Shown here piece by piece: positions 1 to 9,568 of a stretch of DNA of 64,000 nt. The notes beneath the pieces were generated by a model that saw only the letters and a program-made list of their open reading frames with translations, was not told the origin of the DNA and searched no databases. Source of the DNA: a virus (taxonomy: Duplodnaviria > Caudoviricetes); the IMG/VR virus record IMGVR_UViG_3300030060_002561, positions 18,726 through 82,725 of that record, one strand, 5' to 3'. Position 1 is the first letter of the stretch, and the number at the start of each line of letters is the position of its first letter. Position numbers and translations under genes: made by a program.

Positions 1-1143
1 TCTTTCTCCTACCAACGCTACTCCGCTTCTTGGTGTGACACCACCAGTTGCATATCCACCTAGCCAACTTGGGGCAATGCTTCGATAACCATGGACTATT
101 GCCTTCCCTAGCCCTACTAGAGCCGCTATGATTATCTTACCCAATCCAAACAACGCACCTAGTAGTATATTCCAGAATCCTTTCAGAACCTTCGTAAATC
201 CTTTCCATATCTTACCAAAGTCTCCTTGGAATACACCTTGGAACATGGTGAATAAGCCACCAAGGACATCCTTCAATCCATTCCATATTTGGTCTAATTG
301 CGGTTTTAGCCCACCTAATTGGTCTAATGTAGCCGTAAACTTGGGCCATACCTTTCTAACTATCATGATAAAGAATGTAATTAGCAATAACCCCATAGTT
401 AGTTTTAGAAATATTGAAAGGCCCACATCCAAGAACCTACCAAGAGTAGTTAGTTTCTTTCTAAACCAGTCATTTACTTTCTCTGCTTTCTTTCTAAAAC
501 TACCTTGTAGAACTATTTCTTTAACCCATTTCATTTTCTTGAATGTGTTTCCTAGCATGTTTGCAGTAAATCCACCAATACCTGAATCTTTCATTTCTTG
601 ATTGATTGCTGTTAGTTTTCCATCCTTACCTCTTTCTGCTGATAATTCCTGTACCTTTCCATATTTTAGGAAGTCTCTCATTCCTGCTTTAGTAGTCATC
701 CTACCTTCTAAACCTCTTTGCACTTGAGCATATTGTTTTTGAATTTGGGACTTAGCAATTTCTTCTGCATCACTCTCCGTGTATCCCTTCAGTTGCAGTC
801 CTTTCTTCATCTGCTTGAAATAATCTGATTGACCTATCTCCTTGTACTCCTTCTTCAGTTTCATCATGGTCTTAGCCAAGTTCTGGTTGGCTTCCATCTG
901 CTTCATCTGATTCTCTAGAGCCTTGTTATTAGCCTCGTTGAAAACGTTGATTGTCTGCCCTACAGCACGAATCCTATTCTGTAGTTTCCACAATCCAGAA
1001 CCCGAAAGAATCCTAGATGCTATTGTCCATACTTTACTGCTATCTGAAATCTCACCGAACTTTACTACTAGGCTATCAGTCTCGGCGTTCAATTGTGAAA
1101 TAGCATCAGACAATGCGGAAGTGGATGATGCAACATCAACCAT
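1..1143 (-). CDS. Tail tape measure protein (runs off the left edge)
   Basis: Translated by hand at both ends from ATG 1143 (MVDVASSTSALSDAISQLNAE...). The same frame near position 1 reads GGYATGGVTPRSGVALVGE, the GG...VGE motif typical of tape-measure C-terminal regions. Follows tail tube and chaperone genes. Confidence 0.8.
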   Translation of the reverse strand, partial: MVDVASSTSALSDAISQLNAETDSLVVKFGEISDSSKVWTIASRILSGSGLWKLQNRIRAVGQTINVFNEANNKALENQMKQMEANQNLAKTMMKLKKEYKEIGQSDYFKQMKKGLQLKGYTESDAEEIAKSQIQKQYAQVQRGLEGRMTTKAGMRDFLKYGKVQELSAERGKDGKLTAINQEMKDSGIGGFTANMLGNTFKKMKWVKEIVLQGSFRKKAEKVNDWFRKKLTTLGRFLDVGLSIFLKLTMGLLLITFFIMIVRKVWPKFTATLDQLGGLKPQLDQIWNGLKDVLGGLFTMFQGVFQGDFGKIWKGFTKVLKGFWNILLGALFGLGKIIIAALVGLGKAIVHGYRSIAPSWLGGYATGGVTPRSGVALVGER

Positions 1144-1366
1144 TTTCTCTCATTCTCCTTGACTCTCTTTCTATCTCATCCGATTTGTATTTCTCTACTT
1201 CTCCGTGTATCAGTATCATCTCCATCATTAGGCTCAATGGAGTATGTTTCGCGTGGTGTGGGTCTATGCCGAATGTCTTGCAATATGTGTATAGAAGAAG
1301 AGAGAATGACACAGAAGCGTCACTCGCTCTTCCTTCTAATGCTTGACGTATCGCTAGACTTTTCCC
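1136..1366 (-). CDS. -1 frameshift extension (T part) of the tail assembly chaperone, giving a GT-type fusion
   Basis: Slippery heptamer G GGA AAA at 1366-1360, one codon before the chaperone stop. The -1 frame stays open for 76 codons (GKSLAIRQALEG...RRMRENG) and ends at TGA 1138-1136, overlapping the tape-measure start. Confidence 0.75.
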   Translation of the reverse strand, partial: GKSLAIRQALEGRASDASVSFSLLLYTYCKTFGIDPHHAKHTPLSLMMEMILIHGEVEKYKSDEIERESRRMRENG

Positions 1367-1707
1367 GTATCAGCCTCCATCAAATCGGTGAATGGGTTAG
1401 GGAGAATATCCTTTAGTTGTTCTCCGATGAAGGGGCTTAACCTAAGAATCTCCGTAGTCGATAGAGATGGCTCGGTCTTGTCGATAAATTCTTCAGCCAT
1501 GAATCTGTACATCTTATTCAAGTCTAGATTCATACTTTCCTCTGATAACTGCATAACAGAAGATAGGGCTTGTTCTACTTGTAGCCAAGTAGGTTCCTTT
1601 ACCCAGACTTTCAGAATCTGGTCTGAATCCGGGCTTACTTTCAATTCATGGCATTCGCTTTCTGTTCTTGCGAACAGCATATTCTTGTCATTTACTATTT
1701 CACTCAT
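1354..1707 (-). CDS. Tail assembly chaperone (lambda G-like)
   Basis: 117-aa acidic protein between tail tube and tape measure, with a slippery site at its 3' end. Confidence 0.75.
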   Translation of the reverse strand: MSEIVNDKNMLFARTESECHELKVSPDSDQILKVWVKEPTWLQVEQALSSVMQLSEESMNLDLNKMYRFMAEEFIDKTEPSLSTTEILRLSPFIGEQLKDILPNPFTDLMEADTGKV

Positions 1708-1772
1708 TTTTTATTCCACCTATAACACAAACCAACAAACAAACAATGTTGGTGGAACTTGATTAATGTTGC

Positions 1773-3338
1773 TTACTCGCTCGTAGCAACACCTCCGATT
1801 GACAATACATGCCATCTTCCTTTGTATTGGACTGTACCTAGGCTTCTAGCAGATACTGCCAACTCTACTTCAACTGCACCTTTGTCATCGGGTAGGGGAA
1901 CTGTTACGTTCTGTACCAAGTAATCATTGAGTTGCAACTTGAGAAGTTCTCCAGAATCCTTGACAAAGGAAACCTCGATTACTCCACCAGAATGCTCTGT
2001 CTCTGTTCTCAACTCATCCCATACCTTGGTGTCTGTGATTAATAGTGTGAATGATGCATCATAGTTTCTCTGTCCGGGTACGTGCATTGAGGTAACTTCC
2101 CGACTGTAATTACCTATGAATCTGTGAGGGGTTATGTTATTGTTGATGGTAATGTTACCATTCTTTACTCTGGCAAAGGTCTGCCCAAATATCTTGATTG
2201 CCCCAGATGAGAACATGAAGGGTTGGTTCTCTGCATCTGTACCGAAGTTAAACAACTCGCTTGCCTGTAGTTTCCCTCTGTTTGGTATGTGACCATCGAA
2301 GGTTGCACTTGCACTTGCACCGGGAACATCGAACGCTCTCCTAGTAACGAAGTCCACGGAAGCCTTGACTTCCTGCCCTTCCTCAAAGTTGATTGCAAGG
2401 GAGTTTACTTGGTTTCCTGTGAATACTCTTGCATACATGTTTGAGTTGTTGGTGTTATCATCAACGACCTCTGTTGCAGTTCTACCTTCCTTGGCGTAGC
2501 ACATCTCTATTGCGAATGATGGAAGAGCCGAACCGTTTGCCTCTGTGAATGTATATTCGTACAACTTGCTTTCTACCCCATCAGTAATGCTTGATGCGTG
2601 AACAAGATGAAAATCTGGGTCTGTGGTATCTGTGCTTTCTCTATATGCTGGAGTTAAACTAGTGTGTATGGGTGGATAGAAAGCCCCTCCTATTGCTCGG
2701 ACAATACTCTCATCGCCGTTATTGACGTATGTTCCTTCGTCAGTTGCATGTATGTGCGTAGCAGAAGTTTCCATTGTAGCGTCTATTGCATACTTACCTA
2801 ATGCGTAGTATAGCCAAGAACCATTGTTCAACGCGATGTCAAGAGAACCACCACTTACTGTCTCATTGCCTTTGAACTGGAATCCGAAGTTGCGTGTGCT
2901 TCCAGTTGCTAGATTCAATTGCTTCATCTCGACTTCTACCGAAGGCGGATTGAATGTATTGACTAGTCCTAGCCAATGGTCTGATAGTAGAGTTGTCTTA
3001 CTACTGTCCTTTGGTCCCGGTACTGGTGCGCCAAACGCTAGAATGACCAAGTTAGCATGGTTATTTCCATCCTTTACTAGAGTCTCATCGAATGTGATGG
3101 TCGTAGAAGAGTTATCCTTTATCACAAGATATTGGGTAGATGCCGCGGTACCATTGTGAATTTTAGCAACACATCCCTTGTATAGTCCGGGAACTAAAAG
3201 AAAATCTGCCGTTACACCGGCATCAAGTGTTGCTACTGCTCCAGAGATGTCACATTGATGTAGAAAAATGTCACACTCCGGGGCTAATGTAGTCATTGCA
3301 CCTGCGCCAATAAACACCTCATTACTCACTGAAATCAT
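1773..3338 (-). CDS. Major tail tube protein
   Basis: 521 aa, beta-rich and G/T/S-rich, directly upstream of chaperone and tape measure. No sheath gene is visible, consistent with a non-contractile tail. Confidence 0.7.
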   Translation of the reverse strand: MISVSNEVFIGAGAMTTLAPECDIFLHQCDISGAVATLDAGVTADFLLVPGLYKGCVAKIHNGTAASTQYLVIKDNSSTTITFDETLVKDGNNHANLVILAFGAPVPGPKDSSKTTLLSDHWLGLVNTFNPPSVEVEMKQLNLATGSTRNFGFQFKGNETVSGGSLDIALNNGSWLYYALGKYAIDATMETSATHIHATDEGTYVNNGDESIVRAIGGAFYPPIHTSLTPAYRESTDTTDPDFHLVHASSITDGVESKLYEYTFTEANGSALPSFAIEMCYAKEGRTATEVVDDNTNNSNMYARVFTGNQVNSLAINFEEGQEVKASVDFVTRRAFDVPGASASATFDGHIPNRGKLQASELFNFGTDAENQPFMFSSGAIKIFGQTFARVKNGNITINNNITPHRFIGNYSREVTSMHVPGQRNYDASFTLLITDTKVWDELRTETEHSGGVIEVSFVKDSGELLKLQLNDYLVQNVTVPLPDDKGAVEVELAVSARSLGTVQYKGRWHVLSIGGVATSE

Positions 3339-3343
3339 CCCAC

Positions 3344-3922
3344 CTATACTGTCCGAGCGAACCGCTTCATCTCAACCGCTAGTTTGTAGCCCAATAACCT
3401 TTTTCCACGGTCATTGGCTTCCGACCTGCTTTGAAGTTTGATGAGGTCTGCATTACCTTCCACGGTTCCCGAAGTCCCACCACCTACATAGACGGTTGGC
3501 CTCAATGAGTTATTTTCTAGGATATATCGTGCTATTTCGTATAATGCCTTGAGCCTATCTCTAGAGAAAACTAGGCCAGCCTCATAGTCTGAGATATCAC
3601 CCCCAGTCTCAGTAATAGGATAACCATCTGCGAAATCCCTACGATGTAGGACTCTAAGATGAAGTGTGAATGTGTATGTCTCGTTTCTCACGGCATAGTC
3701 TATCGTTGGATAATCTGTGGTGTTGGAATCTTCGTATACAATAAGTATCGCCTTCTGGTCAGCATCTACCCTTCTGCCCTCGTTTGGCTTGATAGAACGA
3801 ACATCAATGAATCTAGGAGTTTCAACGTGACTAGCAGTTATCTTGCCAGCACTAACTAACGCACTAGCGGCGGCAGACCACCTATCAGATAACAAACGTA
3901 GTACCAACGTCACCTCATCCAT
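3344..3922 (-). CDS. Putative tail terminator/completion protein
   Basis: 192 aa, immediately upstream of the tail tube; called by synteny only. Confidence 0.45.
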   Translation of the reverse strand: MDEVTLVLRLLSDRWSAAASALVSAGKITASHVETPRFIDVRSIKPNEGRRVDADQKAILIVYEDSNTTDYPTIDYAVRNETYTFTLHLRVLHRRDFADGYPITETGGDISDYEAGLVFSRDRLKALYEIARYILENNSLRPTVYVGGGTSGTVEGNADLIKLQSRSEANDRGKRLLGYKLAVEMKRFARTV

Positions 3923-4130
3923 CTGTCAAAGCCTCCGACATTTTTCTGGCAAACGCCTCATCTGCGGCCTTTAGAGCCTGTTCATTCAATGCGCTCTCAG
4001 ATAGAGAAAACTCCCCAAGTCCCAAATCAGCAAGCATGGCGTTTCGCTCTATCTCTCTCTCCGCCGCCTCTCTGCCTATCTTCAAGGCTTTGAGCAATTT
4101 TCTTCTTACTTCTTCTACCATTTGAATCAC
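3915..4130 (-). CDS. Hypothetical protein (neck region)
   Basis: 71-aa ORF overlapping both neighbours in the operon. Confidence 0.5.
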   Translation of the reverse strand: MIQMVEEVRRKLLKALKIGREAAEREIERNAMLADLGLGEFSLSESALNEQALKAADEAFARKMSEALTDG

Positions 4131-5233
4131 GATATGAAATGGATGATGTTCTTCTTACCATCAATAATCTTGTTCGCCTCTTCAATTAGTATATCGTGCT
4201 TGGTCTTCAAGTCGATGTTTGAACCTGTTTCAGCAACAAGGATAGAATTGTCATCATGCCTAATTACTTCGGCGGCTACTAGTTTCGTAGCGGCTTCGTG
4301 AATAGGTGCAGGTACTCTTCCATCACCTGCGACATATGTGACTCTAATGGAGTGATTCTTGATGAATGGATACTTACTATGAAAGAATATCTTACCTTCA
4401 TGGCTTATCTGCCAGAAGTCATCTAGCCTCCCTTGTGTCTCATGGTCTGTAAATCCAGATACACTTCCGACTCCTGCACTTCCATCCTGCGTATCCACAG
4501 AAGCAATGGTGCAACTAGAGCCATCATCACCCATCAACAACGATGAGATTGTTACCTTGTCACCATCCTTGGTAGCATAGAAGAAATCAGATATATTTAC
4601 TGATGTGTTTCCAACGGCAGTCACAGTCTTACGTGCAGTTTCTCCTGTAAACTTAGCCGTTTTCATTGGATATACTTCATTGATTGCATCTACCAATTGA
4701 CTGGCTGTTGTCTTCGGGCCAAAGGAGTCAAAGAAATGAGTTCCCTCTATTATCTCAAAGGTATACGTTCCTGCGGTAAGTGTAATCTTCCAAGTCTGTG
4801 AATTAGTAGTAGCAGAGGATGGCATTGTGATACTAGCAGTAGCAGAAGCCAAGTCCACCCAATCGCTTCCTTGCCATATCTCTAACCTCACAAGTTTCTG
4901 AACCTTCGGAAATTCCAGTTGAACGAAACCAATGTAATCCCTGTACATAGTTACAGGATACATAAGATGGCGATTTGCCTCAAACGAAGAAAACTCATCT
5001 TTGTAGATTAGTGGTCTGTATGAGTGCTTGGTTGCATCATCTATCTTTTCTTCTACTCTCTTGATGAGTTTACCTACCTCTGCTCTCGTTGGTGTAGAGA
5101 AGTCTGTAAAGGACTCTATTTGGAGTAAGTTAGAAACATCTGTATGAGTAGTGTAGAATCCATTTCCTATTGTGTAGTTTGGATTGATAGACGTAAAATC
5201 GCTTGGGGAACCTAGTTTAACCATTTTAACCAC
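4127..5233 (-). CDS. Putative head-tail adaptor/connector
   Basis: N-terminal YTTHTDVSNLL helix and C-terminal VTYVAG...VPAPIHEAATKLVA resemble gp6/gp15-type adaptors; position fits. Confidence 0.6.
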   Translation of the reverse strand: MVKMVKLGSPSDFTSINPNYTIGNGFYTTHTDVSNLLQIESFTDFSTPTRAEVGKLIKRVEEKIDDATKHSYRPLIYKDEFSSFEANRHLMYPVTMYRDYIGFVQLEFPKVQKLVRLEIWQGSDWVDLASATASITMPSSATTNSQTWKITLTAGTYTFEIIEGTHFFDSFGPKTTASQLVDAINEVYPMKTAKFTGETARKTVTAVGNTSVNISDFFYATKDGDKVTISSLLMGDDGSSCTIASVDTQDGSAGVGSVSGFTDHETQGRLDDFWQISHEGKIFFHSKYPFIKNHSIRVTYVAGDGRVPAPIHEAATKLVAAEVIRHDDNSILVAETGSNIDLKTKHDILIEEANKIIDGKKNIIHFIS

Positions 5234-8153
5234 CGCTATAGATTACTCTTCTTAAGTCTTGATAATTGTTCTTTATCTTCATGAGCGCATTCACATCCTG
5301 TGCTTTCTCTTTATCGAATATGTTCTTCTCACCTTTACGAGAGTCATATGTCGCTCTCCATTGTTTTCTCCCGGCCTTTACTTCTGGCTTGGTACGAATA
5401 AGTTGCCTTTGGTGTATGCTATCCTTGTTCTTGTCAACGGGCTTACCTAGCCACATTAGATTCATTTGGGGTTGTATGAATGGGTCTTCATCATCATCTA
5501 TCTGAACTCCCCCTGCATTTTCTAGAAGTTTCTTGAGGTAGTCCTTATGGTCATAATAAATTTCTATAAGACCTTGGCCCTTATTTCCTATACTTGTCAT
5601 AATTTCCTCATGTGCTGAGTCACCCGACATCGTGGTAAACAACTCCGATAGACTGTAACTAAGACCGACATCTCCCTTTGGCCTGTAAAAGAGACTTGTC
5701 TTTCCAGTTCCCAAACCATCTATGATAGCCTTGTCTTGTGGCTCCATCTTTGCTTTATCTACATCTGGTTTTGCCAGTTCGATGTTATCTATGTACATGA
5801 TAATCTTATTGATATCTTCAACCAATTTAGTTAGGTCTGCTACTGTTTTAGTTGTATATCCCTGTGTAAAATCATTTAAGTCAACCTTAGCAAATCTGAA
5901 CTTTCTAAATGGTGGAGTCTTGTCGTCTACTTCCATTCTCTGACTTTCAACTATTGGAGTGCCTTCTCTATTTTTACCTTCAACAAGACGGCCTTTTTCA
6001 TCAATGGTATCTGCTTCGTAGAATTTACCCGGTTCTGTCGGTTTTTCCTTGACCTTACCTGTCTCCATGTCTACCTCATCAGGTGCATCTGCAACTTTCT
6101 TTTTCCAAGCATTGAACAACTCTGTGTATTGTGGGTTCTCTACTGCTTTCTTCCAATCTGGGTGGTCTTTTATTGCAGGTATTTCCTCTTCTATTTCCTC
6201 ATATGCTTTGGTATCTGGATTGTATCTATTTGCTAGTCTAATTCCACCTTCTGGATTCTTCAATGCATATGCATCGTTAGTAATCAAAGCCGCATACGAT
6301 ACCAAATCTTGCACTAGTTCTTCTTCATCTGTATATCTGTCAAGCATCTTTGCAAGTTCAAACTTAGGCATACTTTGAATCAACTGATTGTATTTGAAAA
6401 GAATGAATGTCACTTTCAGCAACTCTGGTACATATGCCATAAACTGCGAATCTTCTTTTGTGTCCTTTCTCTGTAGTGACATTAGGAATTTATCATATCC
6501 CGCATCTCCTTGGAACGGAGCATAGTTGATTTTGAATTCAGTAGTCCCAATTGATATAGAGCCATTAGAAGGTGTTATGGTTGATAGAATCATTCTCCTT
6601 AATGCATGTACATCTCTACCGCTTTTAGGTGGCTTTGATAGTAGAGCGTTCTTAATGTCGGTTTCTGTCAACTCCGTCAATCTTGCATTGTACGCTTCTC
6701 TAGGTGTCAAGTTATCTAATTCTGTACCGTCAAATCTTTTCAAGGTATAATTTGCACTAGTAATTATCCTTTTATTGTCTTTGTCAGTTCCTTCGATTCC
6801 TTTAGGAGTAAGATATTCTACACTGTAGTTATCTACCTTCTTCAATTCTCTCCTTTGACCTACACTCGATTTGATGATATCCATCGCTTTCATCATCTTT
6901 TCAGCAACCTCATCCTCATCTGGACTTCCTGCCTCTAACACTTCAATCTCTTCTTGAGGTTCTTCTTCGATGTCACCTTCACCTGTCTCAGCATCAGCAC
7001 CAGTCTCAGCACCTCGCATATCCTTTATGCTTTGCTTAGTATCCGCAATCTTATCTTCTAGGTTCTGTAAATAGGTATCGACTTCCTCTGGTGTGAGAAA
7101 GTTCTCTTTCTCCAGTCTCTTGAGTTGTCTCTTGAATTTTCTATAGTCCTTCATATATCCCCTTAAACCCGAAGAACTTTCCGCAGGTTCATCCTCAAAC
7201 TTATCCATTCCCTCTAGGATTTTATCAAGCATGTTCTGCATTTCTTCTGTGTCTGCTCCTTCTGGAGCATCCTTCATCTCAAACTGCCATTCATCCTTCG
7301 CTGGGTCATAGTACCCATGAATAGCCATGATAGCCTTGATGTAATCCTCAGTTTGAATTTTAATCGTATCTCCTTCTATTGATATGTTATCCAAGAACAT
7401 CTGAAAGGTATCGCTGTTTCTACCTATGTCCACTATTGGTTCTCCCTTGTCAAACTTGGATAGTAGGGATATGGTTCTGTTTGGCTTGTCTGCCTCTTGG
7501 AAATCTGGTTTGGGTGCTTCGGGTTTTTCTTTGACCTTACCTGCTTCATACTGCTTCATATCATCTTCATATTTTTTCTGTTGCTCTGGTGTCACCGCAG
7601 TTATCTTACCACTAGGAGAAAGCCCTGTACCTGCTTCATAGCCTACTACCTTCTGAATGGTAGATTCGCTATCCAATCTCTCTAGAGTTAGATTCTCCCC
7701 TTCCTTGCCACCTAGACGTTTTATCGTGGCTTCGGAGAGATTCAACTCCTTTGCTAGAAAATCTTCCTTTTGAAGTATCTTTATCAATAGTGAAAGATTC
7801 TCCTTTCCTAGTTTTTTCATGAATGTATCGAAGTATCTCTTCTTCTTGGTATCAGTAAAACTACCGGGCTTGTTCTTCCTAGTGGATATGTTTGCATCTG
7901 CAAAATCACTCTCATCTACATCAGCAAGTAGTGGCATCACTTTCCTTGCTTTGTTCATCTTTGCAGTTTGATTCTTACCTAGATTTTTGAAAGGATAGGC
8001 CGTTAGATACTGGAATGCTATGTTTCTCAAGAATTCTTCAAAGTCTGCTGATGCAGAAAGATTGTCAAAAACCGCATTCTGATTTTCTAGGCGTATCAAC
8101 TGGCCCGGAATAATCATTTTTTCCTTGTATCTATCTTGTTTAATCAGAACCAT
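5226..8153 (-). CDS. Large acidic hypothetical virion-associated protein (975 aa)
   Basis: Long, highly charged ORF in the structural operon; no catalytic motif recognised. Confidence 0.5.
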   Translation of the reverse strand: MVLIKQDRYKEKMIIPGQLIRLENQNAVFDNLSASADFEEFLRNIAFQYLTAYPFKNLGKNQTAKMNKARKVMPLLADVDESDFADANISTRKNKPGSFTDTKKKRYFDTFMKKLGKENLSLLIKILQKEDFLAKELNLSEATIKRLGGKEGENLTLERLDSESTIQKVVGYEAGTGLSPSGKITAVTPEQQKKYEDDMKQYEAGKVKEKPEAPKPDFQEADKPNRTISLLSKFDKGEPIVDIGRNSDTFQMFLDNISIEGDTIKIQTEDYIKAIMAIHGYYDPAKDEWQFEMKDAPEGADTEEMQNMLDKILEGMDKFEDEPAESSSGLRGYMKDYRKFKRQLKRLEKENFLTPEEVDTYLQNLEDKIADTKQSIKDMRGAETGADAETGEGDIEEEPQEEIEVLEAGSPDEDEVAEKMMKAMDIIKSSVGQRRELKKVDNYSVEYLTPKGIEGTDKDNKRIITSANYTLKRFDGTELDNLTPREAYNARLTELTETDIKNALLSKPPKSGRDVHALRRMILSTITPSNGSISIGTTEFKINYAPFQGDAGYDKFLMSLQRKDTKEDSQFMAYVPELLKVTFILFKYNQLIQSMPKFELAKMLDRYTDEEELVQDLVSYAALITNDAYALKNPEGGIRLANRYNPDTKAYEEIEEEIPAIKDHPDWKKAVENPQYTELFNAWKKKVADAPDEVDMETGKVKEKPTEPGKFYEADTIDEKGRLVEGKNREGTPIVESQRMEVDDKTPPFRKFRFAKVDLNDFTQGYTTKTVADLTKLVEDINKIIMYIDNIELAKPDVDKAKMEPQDKAIIDGLGTGKTSLFYRPKGDVGLSYSLSELFTTMSGDSAHEEIMTSIGNKGQGLIEIYYDHKDYLKKLLENAGGVQIDDDEDPFIQPQMNLMWLGKPVDKNKDSIHQRQLIRTKPEVKAGRKQWRATYDSRKGEKNIFDKEKAQDVNALMKIKNNYQDLRRVIYSGG

Positions 8154-8162
8154 CTACCTCAC

Positions 8163-8885
8163 CTATGCAAGCCACTTGGCCCAAGCAATGCCCTTACTGA
8201 CGGCATTAGCAAGACCAAGCCCGCTTGCGGGCGGGGTGTATGTCATCTGACCGGATACAGGGTCTATCCAATATGGATTGTTCATATTGTCATATCCAGA
8301 AGGAGGTACGGGATATCCAGATTGGTTGTTGAATGCCATTTGTTGTTGCATCATCGTGTTGTTCATCTGGACAGAGGCGTTACCACCTTGTATCATTGAT
8401 GGGTCTATGCCACTAGGATTGGGCTGACCGGGCATACCACCCACCATTGCTTGCTGTTGTGTGACCTGCTGTTCTTGTGGCATAGCAAATCCTTGAGCCT
8501 CAAGGTATTGCGTCTTAGCCATTCTTCTCTGCATGATGACTTCGGAGTTTATCGCAGAAGCAAGGAGAGTCTGTATGTCTAATTCGATGTTTGCCTGTGT
8601 GATAGCATTGAGAGCATTGGTAGAATCTACAGATAGAGAAAGATTACCATTGTTGGAAGTCACGAAAGCGAGATTTGTCAATATCTCACTAACGGTCTTG
8701 TTAACCACATCACCCACTAGTTGTGCTAATGCAGATAGAAATGCCTCACCATGATACTGAAAGAAATCCTCTACGTGATTCTCCTGTAGAGTCAACAGAT
8801 TGTTCATTGTCTTGAACTGAGCCTGTTGATTACTTTGCATCTGATTATACAGGGAACTATTGCTTGTTCCGAAAAGCCCCATCAC
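8163..8885 (-). CDS. Q/N/P-rich protein with WW-like motif and C-terminal amphipathic helix
   Basis: 240 aa with a low-complexity QQQ/MPGQP tract, PVPPSGY...PYWIDPVSGQMTYTPP, and the C-terminus LANAVSKGIAWAKWLA. Confidence 0.55.
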   Translation of the reverse strand: MMGLFGTSNSSLYNQMQSNQQAQFKTMNNLLTLQENHVEDFFQYHGEAFLSALAQLVGDVVNKTVSEILTNLAFVTSNNGNLSLSVDSTNALNAITQANIELDIQTLLASAINSEVIMQRRMAKTQYLEAQGFAMPQEQQVTQQQAMVGGMPGQPNPSGIDPSMIQGGNASVQMNNTMMQQQMAFNNQSGYPVPPSGYDNMNNPYWIDPVSGQMTYTPPASGLGLANAVSKGIAWAKWLA

Positions 8886-9556
8886 GCATCACTCTCCTTA
8901 GTGGTGACCTTCGCACCCTCGGTCAATAACGTTTTCACTCGTTGGTTAATTGTATTTTGCTCTATTAGCAACCGAAACAATTCTTCTTCGATGTTTTCTT
9001 GTTCTGCCGTAGGTGGTTTAATTGTCCAACCGACAGAAGAAAGTGACATGATATCAGTTTCTTTCAAGGTAGTCAAAGGACCAGAGGACAATGGATTCAG
9101 AGTCTGCATGGATGGGGTCTTAGGTATGTATGCGCTGAATGACAATCCATGTTCCTCTGCTAGTACCTGTTGCTCTAGCATCTCGTATTGCCTGTGTATA
9201 CCTGCATGTTTCTCGCAGTAGGTTCCTCGCATTGGGTATCCCTTGCGAACCTTGTGTAGTGGTAGAGGTGGTCGAAGATTATCACTTGCATCCCAGACTT
9301 TGTGTGTACCACACACCACACATCTATCTTTGATGTTGTACTTGAATCTGTATGGTATCTTTAGGAATGTTTTCTTCTCAGGTGTTAGTACCTTGATTAT
9401 CTCTTTCAATTGTTTCTTTGGCTTGACGCTCTTGTATTCATATTGCATTATGGAACCCGCGCTTCTAGCATGTTCCATTCTATCCATGAATGCCGTATTG
9501 GTTACATTCGTTGTCGAAGAACCTATCAAACTTGGTGGTTGGAATGACATTGACAT
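8882..9556 (-). CDS. Zinc-finger protein with ArfGAP-like signature
   Basis: C79-V-V-C82 ... WDASDNL ... C114-E-K-H117-A-G-I-H-R122, compared with the ArfGAP consensus CxxC...WAS.NL...CxxCSGIHR. Confidence 0.55.
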   Translation of the reverse strand: MSMSFQPPSLIGSSTTNVTNTAFMDRMEHARSAGSIMQYEYKSVKPKKQLKEIIKVLTPEKKTFLKIPYRFKYNIKDRCVVCGTHKVWDASDNLRPPLPLHKVRKGYPMRGTYCEKHAGIHRQYEMLEQQVLAEEHGLSFSAYIPKTPSMQTLNPLSSGPLTTLKETDIMSLSSVGWTIKPPTAEQENIEEELFRLLIEQNTINQRVKTLLTEGAKVTTKESDA

Positions 9557-9568
9557 ATGTTCACCGAA

